A stretch of DNA of 64,000 nucleotides from Spirochaetaceae bacterium (GCA_051531975.1 JAOPTT010000013.1:1-64000); one strand, 5' to 3'. Positions 29,558 to 39,565 are shown, counted from the first letter of the stretch. A program made the numbers and translations. The notes: generated from the letters alone by a model not told the origin.

Positions 29558-31524
29558 AACTTCACTCCCAATCGAATTGTAATCTCTGGCCAATACCAGG
29601 TAATATGTGGAAAAACAGAATTGATATCGGTGTAAAAAGTAAAACCTTCTAAGTGATACTCAAGTCCTGTTGTTATCCCCAACCAAGACTTATCTTGTAT
29701 ATTGGTATCCTCAGTATTTTCAAAATAATTATATCTATAAAATGCTCCATAATAGAAATTAAGAGGTTTATTTGGAAAAATTAGATGATGTGTTAACTCT
29801 CCACCGAGTGACCAACCATATGTCTCAATCTCAGTAGAATCATATAAAGTCTCATCATACAGAGTAAATCCATAAAGAATTTTTAAGTCTAATCGCTTAT
29901 TAAATATACTAACTCCAGCTCCAGCTGAGACAATATTTCCTCCCAAGAACTCAATTGGGGTATAGAAATTAAAAAAATCAATTCCTGCAGAATCAAAATC
30001 CTTGATAAATTTTGGTGTAATAATAACCTGTTCACCTTGTAATATTTCAACTTCTTTTATGTATGTTTTATAACCTTCTCTTACTACTGAGACTTCCCAA
30101 GAACCAACAGGAATATCAGTTAATTCTAAATTACTTTTATCAGTTTTTTCGCTAATGATTTCAAAACCATCAAGTTTTCTGTTCATTTTAATAACTGAAT
30201 CTTTAGGATTTAGAATATACAAATCACCTACAAAATTTAATTCAAAAGAAATATTCTGAACACTATTTTTTTCAATGCTTATCTGGCTTTCACCATAAAA
30301 ACCATTACCTTTAATAACTATATTCCTTGAACCAGGTTTAATAAATTTAATTAGACTACTTGATTGACTTTCAATTTTTTCTCCGTCAATAAAAATATCT
30401 GTATCTTTTAACAATGATGTAATATCTGAAATATTAGTTTTTCCATTATTTCCATCAATAGTAGTTAAGTTACTAATAACAACATCACCAGTTGCTTCTT
30501 TTAATTTTATTTCGATAGACTGAAATTCTTTTGCTAAAAGAGAGATTTGCTTAGAACCGTATAGATCATCACTTTCAACTTCTATAAATACATTACCTGG
30601 ATTTATATTCTCAATTAACTTTGGAGTTTCGCCTCTAATAATACCATTTATTTTTATTGTAGCCCCTTCAATAGATGACTCTACAAATATTTTACCACTT
30701 GTATCAAAAGCTGTAAGGTCAACATTACCCTTAGAGAAACTTACAGTTAGATCAAAATCTCCACCTAAATGAGGTATTTGAGGTCGACCAAAGATACTTT
30801 CAGTTCTTTCTGGTAGTACGGTTCGGATATAAGTATATAAATCTGAAATATTATTAGTAACTGGGGATTGTAAAGCTTCAATTAAGGTATCAGTAAAAAA
30901 ACCATTAGAACCATCAGCCTTTTCATAAGAAAAGGAGCCGGGTTTAGCAGCATAAAAGATTGCAATGTTTCCGGTATTTATTTCATCTTTTTCCACACCA
31001 ACAACTTCAATCCCACGAACAATACCAGCAGCTCTCATTGAGCCTATATCGTTCCTACAAGCATCTAAGTATACCATACTTAAGTTTGCTTTTATATCTC
31101 GAATCCATGGCATAAGGGTCTGATCTACATTTAACATCCCACTATCAGTGGTTATATCTGTCTCAGGAAAACACAGATAGTTTTCACCTTTAATCTGTAG
31201 TCCATGTCCTGCAAAAAATATAACTAGTTCATCAATGTTCTGATCCTGACTTAACATGTTTATATTACTAAGAACCCTTTCTATATTAGCTAGTGAAGGT
31301 TTATCAAATTTTGATTCCTGCCTATCAGACATAAGCCAGACTTTAAAACCTAAACCATCATAGTAAGAAGCCATTTTTTCAGCATCATTTACCCCGGCTT
31401 GCAGATCGGTTAAGATCTCATAGTCGTTAACCCCAACAATAATTGCATATCTATTTAAAGCCTGTGACATAAATGAAATACTGAACATAAAAAATAAAAT
31501 GATTAATAAACGAAATTTATTCAT
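29548..31524 (-). CDS. Exported caspase-family (C14) peptidase with PEGA repeats and a C-terminal beta-barrel
   Basis: Signal peptide; YAIIVGVNDY, FFAGHG (His), LDACR (Cys), NGFFT..L, Q.P; PEGA S…GA.I.I.G…G.TP; amphipathic beta C-terminus ending LGVKLWF. Confidence 0.88.
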   Translation of the reverse strand: MNKFRLLIILFFMFSISFMSQALNRYAIIVGVNDYEILTDLQAGVNDAEKMASYYDGLGFKVWLMSDRQESKFDKPSLANIERVLSNINMLSQDQNIDELVIFFAGHGLQIKGENYLCFPETDITTDSGMLNVDQTLMPWIRDIKANLSMVYLDACRNDIGSMRAAGIVRGIEVVGVEKDEINTGNIAIFYAAKPGSFSYEKADGSNGFFTDTLIEALQSPVTNNISDLYTYIRTVLPERTESIFGRPQIPHLGGDFDLTVSFSKGNVDLTAFDTSGKIFVESSIEGATIKINGIIRGETPKLIENINPGNVFIEVESDDLYGSKQISLLAKEFQSIEIKLKEATGDVVISNLTTIDGNNGKTNISDITSLLKDTDIFIDGEKIESQSSSLIKFIKPGSRNIVIKGNGFYGESQISIEKNSVQNISFELNFVGDLYILNPKDSVIKMNRKLDGFEIISEKTDKSNLELTDIPVGSWEVSVVREGYKTYIKEVEILQGEQVIITPKFIKDFDSAGIDFFNFYTPIEFLGGNIVSAGAGVSIFNKRLDLKILYGFTLYDETLYDSTEIETYGWSLGGELTHHLIFPNKPLNFYYGAFYRYNYFENTEDTNIQDKSWLGITTGLEYHLEGFTFYTDINSVFPHITWYWPEITIRLGVKLWF

Positions 31525-31621
31525 ATGAAACCTCATAATCAATATATATAAGATAAATCTATTAATAAAGTATAAATTTAATTGGGATTATCCTTTGGGA
31601 GATTTAATCTGAAAATATTTA

Positions 31622-32179
31622 TTATATTAGTGTTATTTGCTTTGCAAACTTTGATATCTTTTTTTCTACCTCTTCAGTTTCTAAATCATTTTTAGACCTA
31701 ATACTCTCCCAAGTTTCAGATAACACATGATCTATCTCTAAATGTCCTAGATAATGGGTGATAGTCGATATAACATCTCTGTTTTCATTTTCTGCGGAAC
31801 CAGCTCTAATGGCTATAGAGCAGGATTTTTTACCTGATGGAAAGGTTGTTTCACTGTTTATTGTATTACAATAAGGGGTGCTACGATCTATAAATGTTTT
31901 TAGTTGCCCTGTAATGTCTCCCCAATATGATGGAGACGCAATACAGATTAAATCTGCTTTTTTAAATGAGTTATAAATTTCATCAACACCGTCAGTTTGA
32001 ACACAAACTCTTGTCTCTTCACAAACATGACAACCACGGCAAAAGTTTATTTCCTTATCTGAAATATTTATTATTTCTGATGTTATTGCAGTTTCATCTA
32101 ATGAATTAACAATCTTAGATAATAAGTAGTTAGTATTTCCATCTGCTCTTCCACTTCCATTTAAAAATACAATATTCAT
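31622..32179 (-). CDS. Flavodoxin family / iron-sulfur flavoprotein (NADPH-dependent FMN reductase)
   Basis: NGSGR.DGNT, CRGCHVC…C, ASPSYWG…K.FIDR. Confidence 0.9.
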   Translation of the reverse strand: MNIVFLNGSGRADGNTNYLLSKIVNSLDETAITSEIINISDKEINFCRGCHVCEETRVCVQTDGVDEIYNSFKKADLICIASPSYWGDITGQLKTFIDRSTPYCNTINSETTFPSGKKSCSIAIRAGSAENENRDVISTITHYLGHLEIDHVLSETWESIRSKNDLETEEVEKKISKFAKQITLI

Positions 32180-32229
32180 AAAATCTCCTTTTTAAATATT
32201 TGAACTATTTATCACTTTATTTCTACATA

Positions 32230-32706
32230 TCAGGTCTTGGATACATCTCTTTTAATCATAATAACTTCATCAGCTGAATACAGATCTTTAAGAGTAGCAT
32301 CAACCTTTACACCTAGTGTTTTCTCATATAGTTTTTGGGCATAATTATCTGCTCTTGTTGTTACTATGATATGTTTTATCTGAGCACCTCTAGTACTTAA
32401 TTGTCTTTTTACTTCTAATAACGACTGAGTAATTAAAGCTTCACCAATACCCTTCTTTTGATGTCTTGGACTTACAGCTATCTGCTCAAGCTCTAATACT
32501 ACTTCAGGTCTAAAACCACTCTTTTGAGTCCAGTGGATATAACCTAATATTTCTCCCTGATCTTCAGCAACATAATACTGCATTCTAGGGTAAGCTAAAT
32601 AATTTCCTTTAATCCATTCAAGGGACATCGTTTGTCTTGAAAAAACTGCTTTATGAATTTCTGAACATGCTATTATATCTAGATCATTCATTTTCTTAAT
32701 TATCAT
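32230..32706 (-). CDS. GNAT N-acetyltransferase
   Basis: ELEQIAV…HQKKGIG, N.AQKLY. Confidence 0.9.
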   Translation of the reverse strand: MIIKKMNDLDIIACSEIHKAVFSRQTMSLEWIKGNYLAYPRMQYYVAEDQGEILGYIHWTQKSGFRPEVVLELEQIAVSPRHQKKGIGEALITQSLLEVKRQLSTRGAQIKHIIVTTRADNYAQKLYEKTLGVKVDATLKDLYSADEVIMIKRDVSKT

Positions 32707-32723
32707 TTAACTTCTCCTTTTAC

Positions 32724-33494
32724 CTACCAGCTAACTCCACCATCACTACAGAGTAACTGTCCATTAATCCACTCTCCATCTTCTGAACATAAAAATTTAA
32801 CTAATTTTGCTGTATCTTGAGGGGTCCCAACCCTATTCTGATAAGTTTTTTCTTTTACAACTTCTTTAAACTCTGGACTCATCCACCCTGTATCATTTGC
32901 ACCAGGGTTAATTACATTTGAATTTATTTTAATATCTTTTAATTCTTCTGCTGCAGCTACAACAATTCGATCTAGAGCTCCTTTTGAAGCTCCATAGGGC
33001 ATATTAAAAGCTGTGTGATCGCTAGTCATTGCTATTATACGGCCTGGTATAGATTCATATTTAAACCGTTTTCCATGCTCACGGATTAATAACCAGGAAG
33101 CTTTTGTATTAATAGAAAAGTGTAAGTCAAAGTCCTCTATCGTACTTGTTAAAATACTTTTATCTACAGAATAACAGTGGGAGAGAATTAATGCTGAAAC
33201 CATTCCAATTTCTGATTCAACTTTATCAAAGATCGTTGGAGCTGAATCTGCATTAGAAAGATCTGCTTCGATACAATATATATTTGCCCCATTTAATTTT
33301 ACATGTTCACTGATATATAAAATATCCTCTGGAAGACTTCCCCAGGGCATTGTTTTATCATAAGAGGTCCAGTATGTAAGTGCGATGTCCCATCCGTTTT
33401 TTGAAAGTTCAATTGCACAAGCAGCACCTATTCCATTTTTTCTACTAGCTCCAGTTATTAAAGCTATTGGCCTTTTTGACATATTATTCTCCAT
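32724..33494 (-). CDS. Short-chain dehydrogenase/reductase
   Basis: ALITGASRKNGIG, YGASK, N.INPG, WINGQ…DGG. Confidence 0.93.
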   Translation of the reverse strand: MENNMSKRPIALITGASRKNGIGAACAIELSKNGWDIALTYWTSYDKTMPWGSLPEDILYISEHVKLNGANIYCIEADLSNADSAPTIFDKVESEIGMVSALILSHCYSVDKSILTSTIEDFDLHFSINTKASWLLIREHGKRFKYESIPGRIIAMTSDHTAFNMPYGASKGALDRIVVAAAEELKDIKINSNVINPGANDTGWMSPEFKEVVKEKTYQNRVGTPQDTAKLVKFLCSEDGEWINGQLLCSDGGVSW

Positions 33495-33511
33495 TAATTA
33501 CGTTATGAAAT

Positions 33512-34288
33512 TTATTTCTGAAACAGCAACTCTATTACTTCTCGTTCATCCTTTTCTTTAAATGTCCCACCAGGTAATAAATGAAGTAAGATCTCATTAT
33601 TTTCCCATATTGTACCAATAGGTTCAATTATTTTTATTGCACATGTTTTTAGAATATCAAACTGCCTACTCAGGTCTCCTGAAGAATAAAGCTCTTCTAT
33701 CTGTTTATATAACTTTGGAGATGTCTCTTTTATATGATTTAAATGAGTTTTAACTTTACCTAATTCAAGACCATGAACCCTAGCATAACATTGGAGATAA
33801 AAGTCAAAAGTTGAAAAAATCATATATCTAGAATATAAAGGATCAACTAAAAGTCTATGTTCTAACTTATCCAAGTTATGCCTAAAAACAAATCTGTAAA
33901 AATGTATTTCAAAGTCCGATAGCTCTTTTGAAGGTTTCCAGGTAACTTTTATCTGATCTAACAAACTACTAATACGGTCATTTCTATCAAAAAGAATTGT
34001 GCAATTTAAGTGTACTAAGAGGAAATCCGTTATTGGAGAATCTACTAAAAATTCATTTATAGATAAGATCATACAATCAACAGGTATACCTGCAATATGA
34101 AAATGAACACCGTTTAAATTTGTTGATATTGGTTTATCTAAAATAACTGTTAAATCGTAATCTCCACCAGGGGACATATCATTAGAGGTACGGCCACCAT
34201 ATTCAACGATACCAACGACTTCTGGTCTGCTTTTTAAATGTTCTATATAACTCTCAATATCCTTAAATGAATGACTAAAATCCAACAT
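33512..34288 (-). CDS. Nucleotidyltransferase-domain protein with helical C-terminus
   Basis: VVGIVEYGG…GDYDL, VD, ILFDR. Confidence 0.7.
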   Translation of the reverse strand: MLDFSHSFKDIESYIEHLKSRPEVVGIVEYGGRTSNDMSPGGDYDLTVILDKPISTNLNGVHFHIAGIPVDCMILSINEFLVDSPITDFLLVHLNCTILFDRNDRISSLLDQIKVTWKPSKELSDFEIHFYRFVFRHNLDKLEHRLLVDPLYSRYMIFSTFDFYLQCYARVHGLELGKVKTHLNHIKETSPKLYKQIEELYSSGDLSRQFDILKTCAIKIIEPIGTIWENNEILLHLLPGGTFKEKDEREVIELLFQK

Positions 34289-34306
34289 ATAAACTCCCTA
34301 ATTAAT

Positions 34307-34771
34307 TTAAACTTTAACTAACTCATATACTCCATCACTCTTAGATATTTTAAATTTTTCATTTAAAACATGAGCAGCTTTATTTTCTGATCTCTTGTAA
34401 GACAGGTCCCTATTTTTAATATTTTCTTCTGAGGTTGATATTAAATTTTTTATACTTTTTGAATCCTCAATTATTAAATTTGTTAATCCAAGAGATAGAG
34501 ATAAAACATCTGACAGGCTAGATTTTTGTAAAAGCACATCTTGTAATATTGATTCTGAAGAAATCATAGTATCAAATATATAACCGTTAAACAGAACAGT
34601 TTCCATGGAGAACTTTTCTTTATCTGTCAAAAATAACAGATCAATATCTGATCCTTCTTTAAACTTATTATTAGGAAGAGAACCACAGATAAGTATAGCT
34701 TCAACATTAACAGTTGTTTTTACCTTATCTATATATATAATGATAGTTTTCCATAAATCTAATGTTATCAT
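34307..34771 (-). CDS. Nucleotidyltransferase-domain protein (minimal type)
   Basis: AILICGS…SDIDLL (GS-x-DxD) plus a third Asp (FD). Confidence 0.75.
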   Translation of the reverse strand: MITLDLWKTIIIYIDKVKTTVNVEAILICGSLPNNKFKEGSDIDLLFLTDKEKFSMETVLFNGYIFDTMISSESILQDVLLQKSSLSDVLSLSLGLTNLIIEDSKSIKNLISTSEENIKNRDLSYKRSENKAAHVLNEKFKISKSDGVYELVKV

Positions 34772-34797
34772 TTGGCCTCTTTATTACTTTTTTATTT

Positions 34798-35610
34798 TTA
34801 TAATTTAAACTCATATAGTTTATATTCATAATCAAATTCAAATCCAACTTTTTCAGCAATACGAATTGAATGTTTTATGTCAGACATTGCTTCCCATTCA
34901 GGTTTTAAACTATTTTTTTGACAATAATATACAAATCTATGTGCTATTGCTGCTCCTATACCTCTGTTTTGATGGTCTTTAACTGTTTCTATGTATATTT
35001 CAACTCTAGAATCAACAATGCAAACAGAATAACTCCAGCCACAGATTGTATTGTCTTTTAAAGCAACAAAACCACAACCTTTATCTATGAAACTATCTAG
35101 GGAATCCCACCAAGTTAAGATATCATCTGTTAATATTGAAATGTTTTTTATAGGACTATTTTTAAGTAGTTCTGTAGTTATCTCTTTAACTTCATATCCT
35201 TCACCTAGCGTGGGTACAGAATTATCTATCTCTTTTAATTTATAACGAAGTACTGAACAGGTATCAAAGTCTCTGTTACTTAATATTACTTTAATGGAAC
35301 TGTTCCAAGCTGGATTACTTCCAGTTACACTAAAGTACTCTTCATCTTCTTTTATTAATTTAGTTAAAATTAAACTATCAAGGCTATCTTTTACTGATCT
35401 GTTAAATTCATCATTTTCGCTATCGCCAACTAAAGTTCCACCTAGCTTTTTCATGTAAACAAATGCACTTGTTGGGTTCTCTGGGTCATCTGCAAATATC
35501 CAACCAGGGTTATTACCATCACAAACACAGCTTGGGAAAATCCCATGACTAAAATCCCCTACTAGCTCTTTTACTTTGTAATAATTCTTTTGTTCAATAA
35601 GGTGAATCAT
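34798..35610 (-). CDS. GNAT acetyltransferase (long, two-domain)
   Basis: G.IFAD…P, G.GF, EI.IET…HQNRGIG, P.W…N/I.S..IAEKVGF. Confidence 0.88.
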   Translation of the reverse strand: MIHLIEQKNYYKVKELVGDFSHGIFPSCVCDGNNPGWIFADDPENPTSAFVYMKKLGGTLVGDSENDEFNRSVKDSLDSLILTKLIKEDEEYFSVTGSNPAWNSSIKVILSNRDFDTCSVLRYKLKEIDNSVPTLGEGYEVKEITTELLKNSPIKNISILTDDILTWWDSLDSFIDKGCGFVALKDNTICGWSYSVCIVDSRVEIYIETVKDHQNRGIGAAIAHRFVYYCQKNSLKPEWEAMSDIKHSIRIAEKVGFEFDYEYKLYEFKL

Positions 35611-35630
35611 AACGCTTCCTCAGAAATTAT

Positions 35631-36245
35631 TTATTGTGGTTTTTGAAATATTGCTAAAAATACTGGGAACTCTTTTTCCACCCCATCAACAAGGTTTTTA
35701 TTAATGTATGGGGATGAAATAGAAATTTTTTTTAGTCTATAAGTGGTTAAGATCTGTTCTATTTTTTGAGTATCAAATCCATTATGAGGAACAACTTCTT
35801 CTGGATGAAAGGAGCCATCCTCTGTCTCTAAATCAGAGATACATAAATATCCACCAGGAAGTAGTGATTTACACAGTTTATCTAATACCTTCTGGTAGTT
35901 TTCTATATGGTGAAGAGCTTGCAATGAGACGATAAAATCATATTTATCCTCAAGATCATTTTTTGTAATATCTAAAACTAATGTTGATATTTTATTTGTG
36001 GGCTGGCTAGTTGTTTTATCTTTAACTTGCTCTATCATTCCTGGAGAAATATCTAAAAATGTAAACTCCTTAGATTTTTCAACAAAGTGTAAACCAAGTA
36101 GACCAGTACCACATCCAAAATCTAAACCTATGTAGTCAGTTTTGAGTCTAACTTTTGATTGTATTGTCTTGGCAATTGTTTTTGCTCTAACTACCCTATA
36201 GTCTTTTTCATCCCATGTTAGGGACTCTTTATCAAAATAATCCAT
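35631..36245 (-). CDS. Class I SAM-dependent methyltransferase
   Basis: LDFGCGTG, DIS.GM, YD…ALHH, PGG, EDGSFH…HNGF. Confidence 0.92.
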   Translation of the reverse strand: MDYFDKESLTWDEKDYRVVRAKTIAKTIQSKVRLKTDYIGLDFGCGTGLLGLHFVEKSKEFTFLDISPGMIEQVKDKTTSQPTNKISTLVLDITKNDLEDKYDFIVSLQALHHIENYQKVLDKLCKSLLPGGYLCISDLETEDGSFHPEEVVPHNGFDTQKIEQILTTYRLKKISISSPYINKNLVDGVEKEFPVFLAIFQKPQ

Positions 36246-36451
36246 TAAATCTCCAAGATTTTTAAATACTTTAAACTATATTTATGAATACTACACTTTA
36301 AATATTACTATGTCATTCCAAAAAATATGTTTGTATCTGAGCGTATTACACCTTAATACCTGCTAGTAAAAGTATATTAAACTCTACATATTAGCTTTTT
36401 TTAATATTAATTTCCTATTAATCAACTATAATTAAATTGGAGTGCGTTAAT

Positions 36452-37117
36452 ATGAGAATCTATATTTGTTTAATGTTATTGTTTTTCGTGAATAATATAT
36501 TTGCAGAGACTATTGTTATAAGTCTAGGTATACCTGAAGGTCATCCTGTATTCCAAGGTCAACTTATCTATTATGAAGACATCGCCTCTAAAATTCCAGG
36601 ATTGGATATAGAGCTTGTTTCATTACCCCTGGAGCGTTGTAGAATCAATCTAATAAATGGTAAAACAGGTGGCGATTCCGCTAGAACAGATTTTGTCTAT
36701 GCTGATAATGAATCAATTATAAGGGTGAACGAACCAATTTTTACTTCAGAATATATTGCTTATACAGGAGCTAGAAATAGTAACCTTAAAGGTCCTCTGG
36801 ATTTAAAAAAGCTTTCAATTGTTGGAATAAGAGGCGATGTTGCCTTAATGAATTATCAAAAAGAAAATAATCTTAAAATACTTTATGTTAATAATTCTGA
36901 GCAGGGCTTTAATATGGTAGGTAACGGTAGAGTTGATATTTTTATAGCACCAAGGGCTTACATAGCATATTTATCATTGGATATATACAAAGGTTTTAAT
37001 ATTAACGTTATAGAACCACCTGTATTTTTTACAAATATGTATCTCTTCCTAAATATTAAATATCAAAAATATGCAAAAGACTTTGAGAAAATAATATACG
37101 AGATTAATAATCCCTAG
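36452..37117 (+). CDS. Orphan periplasmic substrate-binding protein (family 3-like)
   Basis: Signal peptide, P.ER…G..GD..R, RG, MV..GRVD. Start moved to ATG 36452 (GGAG RBS). Confidence 0.8.
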   Translation: MRIYICLMLLFFVNNIFAETIVISLGIPEGHPVFQGQLIYYEDIASKIPGLDIELVSLPLERCRINLINGKTGGDSARTDFVYADNESIIRVNEPIFTSEYIAYTGARNSNLKGPLDLKKLSIVGIRGDVALMNYQKENNLKILYVNNSEQGFNMVGNGRVDIFIAPRAYIAYLSLDIYKGFNINVIEPPVFFTNMYLFLNIKYQKYAKDFEKIIYEINNP

Positions 37118-37461
37118 TGAATTTGTAGATGATTTAATGGAGCCCATCCCCAGGCATCAGGACTGTTTTCTTTTACAGCCCAAATCCAGCCGTTTAGTTC
37201 TCTTTTAGATAATAATATTTCATCTATGAATAAGCAGTGCTCTTTTGCAGTGTACTCTTCCAATGAAATAACGGTGTTTCCTTCAACATTAAGTATTTGT
37301 TTAGGAATCCATCCCTCTTTATTATCACCAGTACATAAGATCCAGTTAGGCCAATCTCCATTAGGATCAGATTCCTCTATAAATTCTAAGACTTCACCTT
37401 TAATTATTTCAATAGGTTTATCAGGTATATCATTATATTTTTTTATTACTTTGTATTTCAT
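37114..37461 (-). CDS. Tandem SH3-domain protein
   Basis: Two SH3-like repeats: W..W..C…EGWIP and YTA.E…NGWIW…GWAP. Confidence 0.82.
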   Translation of the reverse strand: MKYKVIKKYNDIPDKPIEIIKGEVLEFIEESDPNGDWPNWILCTGDNKEGWIPKQILNVEGNTVISLEEYTAKEHCLFIDEILLSKRELNGWIWAVKENSPDAWGWAPLNHLQIH

Positions 37462-37641
37462 CTATTTTCTGTATCTAATTCTATTTATTTTTTTTACTTC
37501 TAATAGCAGATTGGTTCTCTTTGTCTCTAATTTTAACCATTTATCATCTATACCTAAAACAATTCCTCTATCTGGGTTTGTTAGATAGGACATTATTCCA
37601 CTGTATACATATACTTCTTTACCAATAACTTCATTTAACAT
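37462..37641 (-). CDS. Small 59-aa protein missing from the ORF track; possible Sm/Hfq-like fold
   Basis: MLNEVIGKEVYVYSGIMSYLTNPDRGIVLGIDDKWLKLETKRTNLLLEVKKINRIRYRK; AAGGA RBS; its TAG directly abuts the next ATG. Confidence 0.75.
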   Translation of the reverse strand: MLNEVIGKEVYVYSGIMSYLTNPDRGIVLGIDDKWLKLETKRTNLLLEVKKINRIRYRK

Positions 37642-37672
37642 TTTAAGATCCTTTTATATTCATTTTCTAATT

Positions 37673-38191
37673 TTACATTTTTGTTATGATGGAGAGGTAT
37701 TCTCTAACTGTTTCACCCATCACTTCCTTATCGAAGTATTTTTTAAAATTCATTCCAATCTTCTCTGCGACTTTTTGTGACGGTATATTATTATGATGTG
37801 TATAAGAATAAATTGAACTGTAGTTTAAGTTATTAAACCCATAATCGATACATGCTTTTGCAGCCTCAGTTGCATAACCATTGCCACAAAATTCTTTTTT
37901 TATATGGTAACCAATTTCTGGTAATAGTTCACCTTCAATTTCCTGCATAGTTATTCCACAATCACCTAAAAAGATATTTCTATCTTTAAGGATAACAGCC
38001 CAAAGCCCATGTTTATACTTTTTATAGTTATTGATGCTCCAATCTATCCAGCTCTCAACATTTTTATCATTAAAAGGTTCTGGATAATATTTCATTGAAT
38101 CTGGATCACATAATATGTGTGATAATTCTTCTTTATCAGCTTTAACCAACTCTCTTAAAATAAGTCGCTTTGTCTCAAGTATAACTTTCAA
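37673..38191 (-). CDS. GNAT N-acetyltransferase, RimJ/RimL type
   Basis: LETKRLILR, GDCG, EIGY, GNGYATEAA, N..SQKVAEKIGM. Confidence 0.92.
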   Translation of the reverse strand: MKVILETKRLILRELVKADKEELSHILCDPDSMKYYPEPFNDKNVESWIDWSINNYKKYKHGLWAVILKDRNIFLGDCGITMQEIEGELLPEIGYHIKKEFCGNGYATEAAKACIDYGFNNLNYSSIYSYTHHNNIPSQKVAEKIGMNFKKYFDKEVMGETVREYLSIITKM

Positions 38192-38200
38192 AAAATACTC

Positions 38201-38653
38201 CTATATTGATTTATCAACCCAAATTGTTTTTGATAATTCATAACCTAACTTAGTATAAAAGTGCTGTGCTACTTTATTATTTTCCCCTGTCGAACATGCC
38301 ATATAAACAAGATTATTTGATTTACACCATAGTTCAACATAAGATATAAGTTTATTCCCATAACCACATTTCCTATAATCTTCATCTATAAATAGTTCAT
38401 TAATCCAGATATAGTCTCCACCTGATTCTAGTCCGGAGTTGATATTACAGAAAACAAAACCTATATTTTTGTCAACTTCTAGTATAAATAAAACAGATCT
38501 ACTTCTAGGGGATAAAGCATTTTTCAAAGATTTTATAATATCATCTGAACTTTTATTTACACCATAAGATTCAAACTGTTTTTTAATTAACATAGTTATA
38601 CTTTCTACATTCTCAATTTTACTAAAATCATCTATCGGATATATTTTAAACAC
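38201..38653 (-). CDS. GNAT N-acetyltransferase
   Basis: WINELFI…YRKCGYG, N..A..FY.KLGY. Confidence 0.9.
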   Translation of the reverse strand: MFKIYPIDDFSKIENVESITMLIKKQFESYGVNKSSDDIIKSLKNALSPRSRSVLFILEVDKNIGFVFCNINSGLESGGDYIWINELFIDEDYRKCGYGNKLISYVELWCKSNNLVYMACSTGENNKVAQHFYTKLGYELSKTIWVDKSI

Positions 38654-38808
38654 TATATGACCTCTTATTTCTTCTCTATTAAATACTAAACTATAAATTA
38701 ATAGGTGTCAGTTACAAAAAATTGGTTTTAACATAGAAGAAATTAAGATATAAATGACTATTGTTATGTATTAAAAGTATATAATATAGGTAAAAGGAGT
38801 ACCGTTTT

Positions 38809-39552
38809 ATGAAACCTGTAATAGGATTAACCGCATTTACTGAACCAACACCACAAAAGAAAAGGGTAAATGTTAGTTATCACTATATAGAATCAATAGA
38901 GATGGTAGGAGGTATTCCAATTGTTATACCTGAGTGTCGTCATACTGAAATGGCTTATGTATATCTTGATAGAATAGATGCTCTGATCATTTCAGGTGGA
39001 GTTGATGTATCTCCATACTTATATGGTGAAAACCCTATTAAAGAAGTTGATTATTTCTCTGTTGAAAGAGACCACTTTGAAATAGCCCTGGTTAAAGGTG
39101 CTTTAGAAAAAGGTATTCCAGTATTTGGTATTTGTCGTGGTATTCAGATTATAAATGTTGCTCTTGGTGGTACTTTATATCAAGATATATTTGTACAAAC
39201 AGAGGCTGCTTTGGGGCATAACCCTATTTCAATGCCTGTGGACAGATTATATCATAATGTTATTGTTGAAGATGGTTCTGCCCTTAGAACTTTATTTAAA
39301 AACAAGTCATTTCTTGTAAACTCTTTCCACCATCAAGCTATAAAGGAATTTGGTACAGATGTTATTGCTACTGCATATTCAGAGGATAGAATTGTTGAAG
39401 CTATAGAGATTAAAAACAACAAATTTGTTTATGGTGTTCAGTGGCACCCAGAAGATTTAACAATGGTATACCCTGAATTCAAAGCACTATTTCAGCACTT
39501 AATAGATCTTGCTCTAGAAAAGAAAGGTCTGCCACCTATGTATTATATTTAA
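38809..39552 (+). CDS. Gamma-glutamyl-gamma-aminobutyrate hydrolase family (peptidase C26, PuuD-like)
   Basis: KPVIG, GG.DV, GICRGIQ, VNSFHHQ, GVQWHPE. Confidence 0.93.
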   Translation: MKPVIGLTAFTEPTPQKKRVNVSYHYIESIEMVGGIPIVIPECRHTEMAYVYLDRIDALIISGGVDVSPYLYGENPIKEVDYFSVERDHFEIALVKGALEKGIPVFGICRGIQIINVALGGTLYQDIFVQTEAALGHNPISMPVDRLYHNVIVEDGSALRTLFKNKSFLVNSFHHQAIKEFGTDVIATAYSEDRIVEAIEIKNNKFVYGVQWHPEDLTMVYPEFKALFQHLIDLALEKKGLPPMYYI

Positions 39553-39565
39553 TGTTACAGATGAC

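Noticed and set aside
33512..34771. MNT-HEPN toxin-antitoxin pair
   Set aside because: No RxxxxH HEPN motif is evident; both proteins carry nucleotidyltransferase-like motifs.
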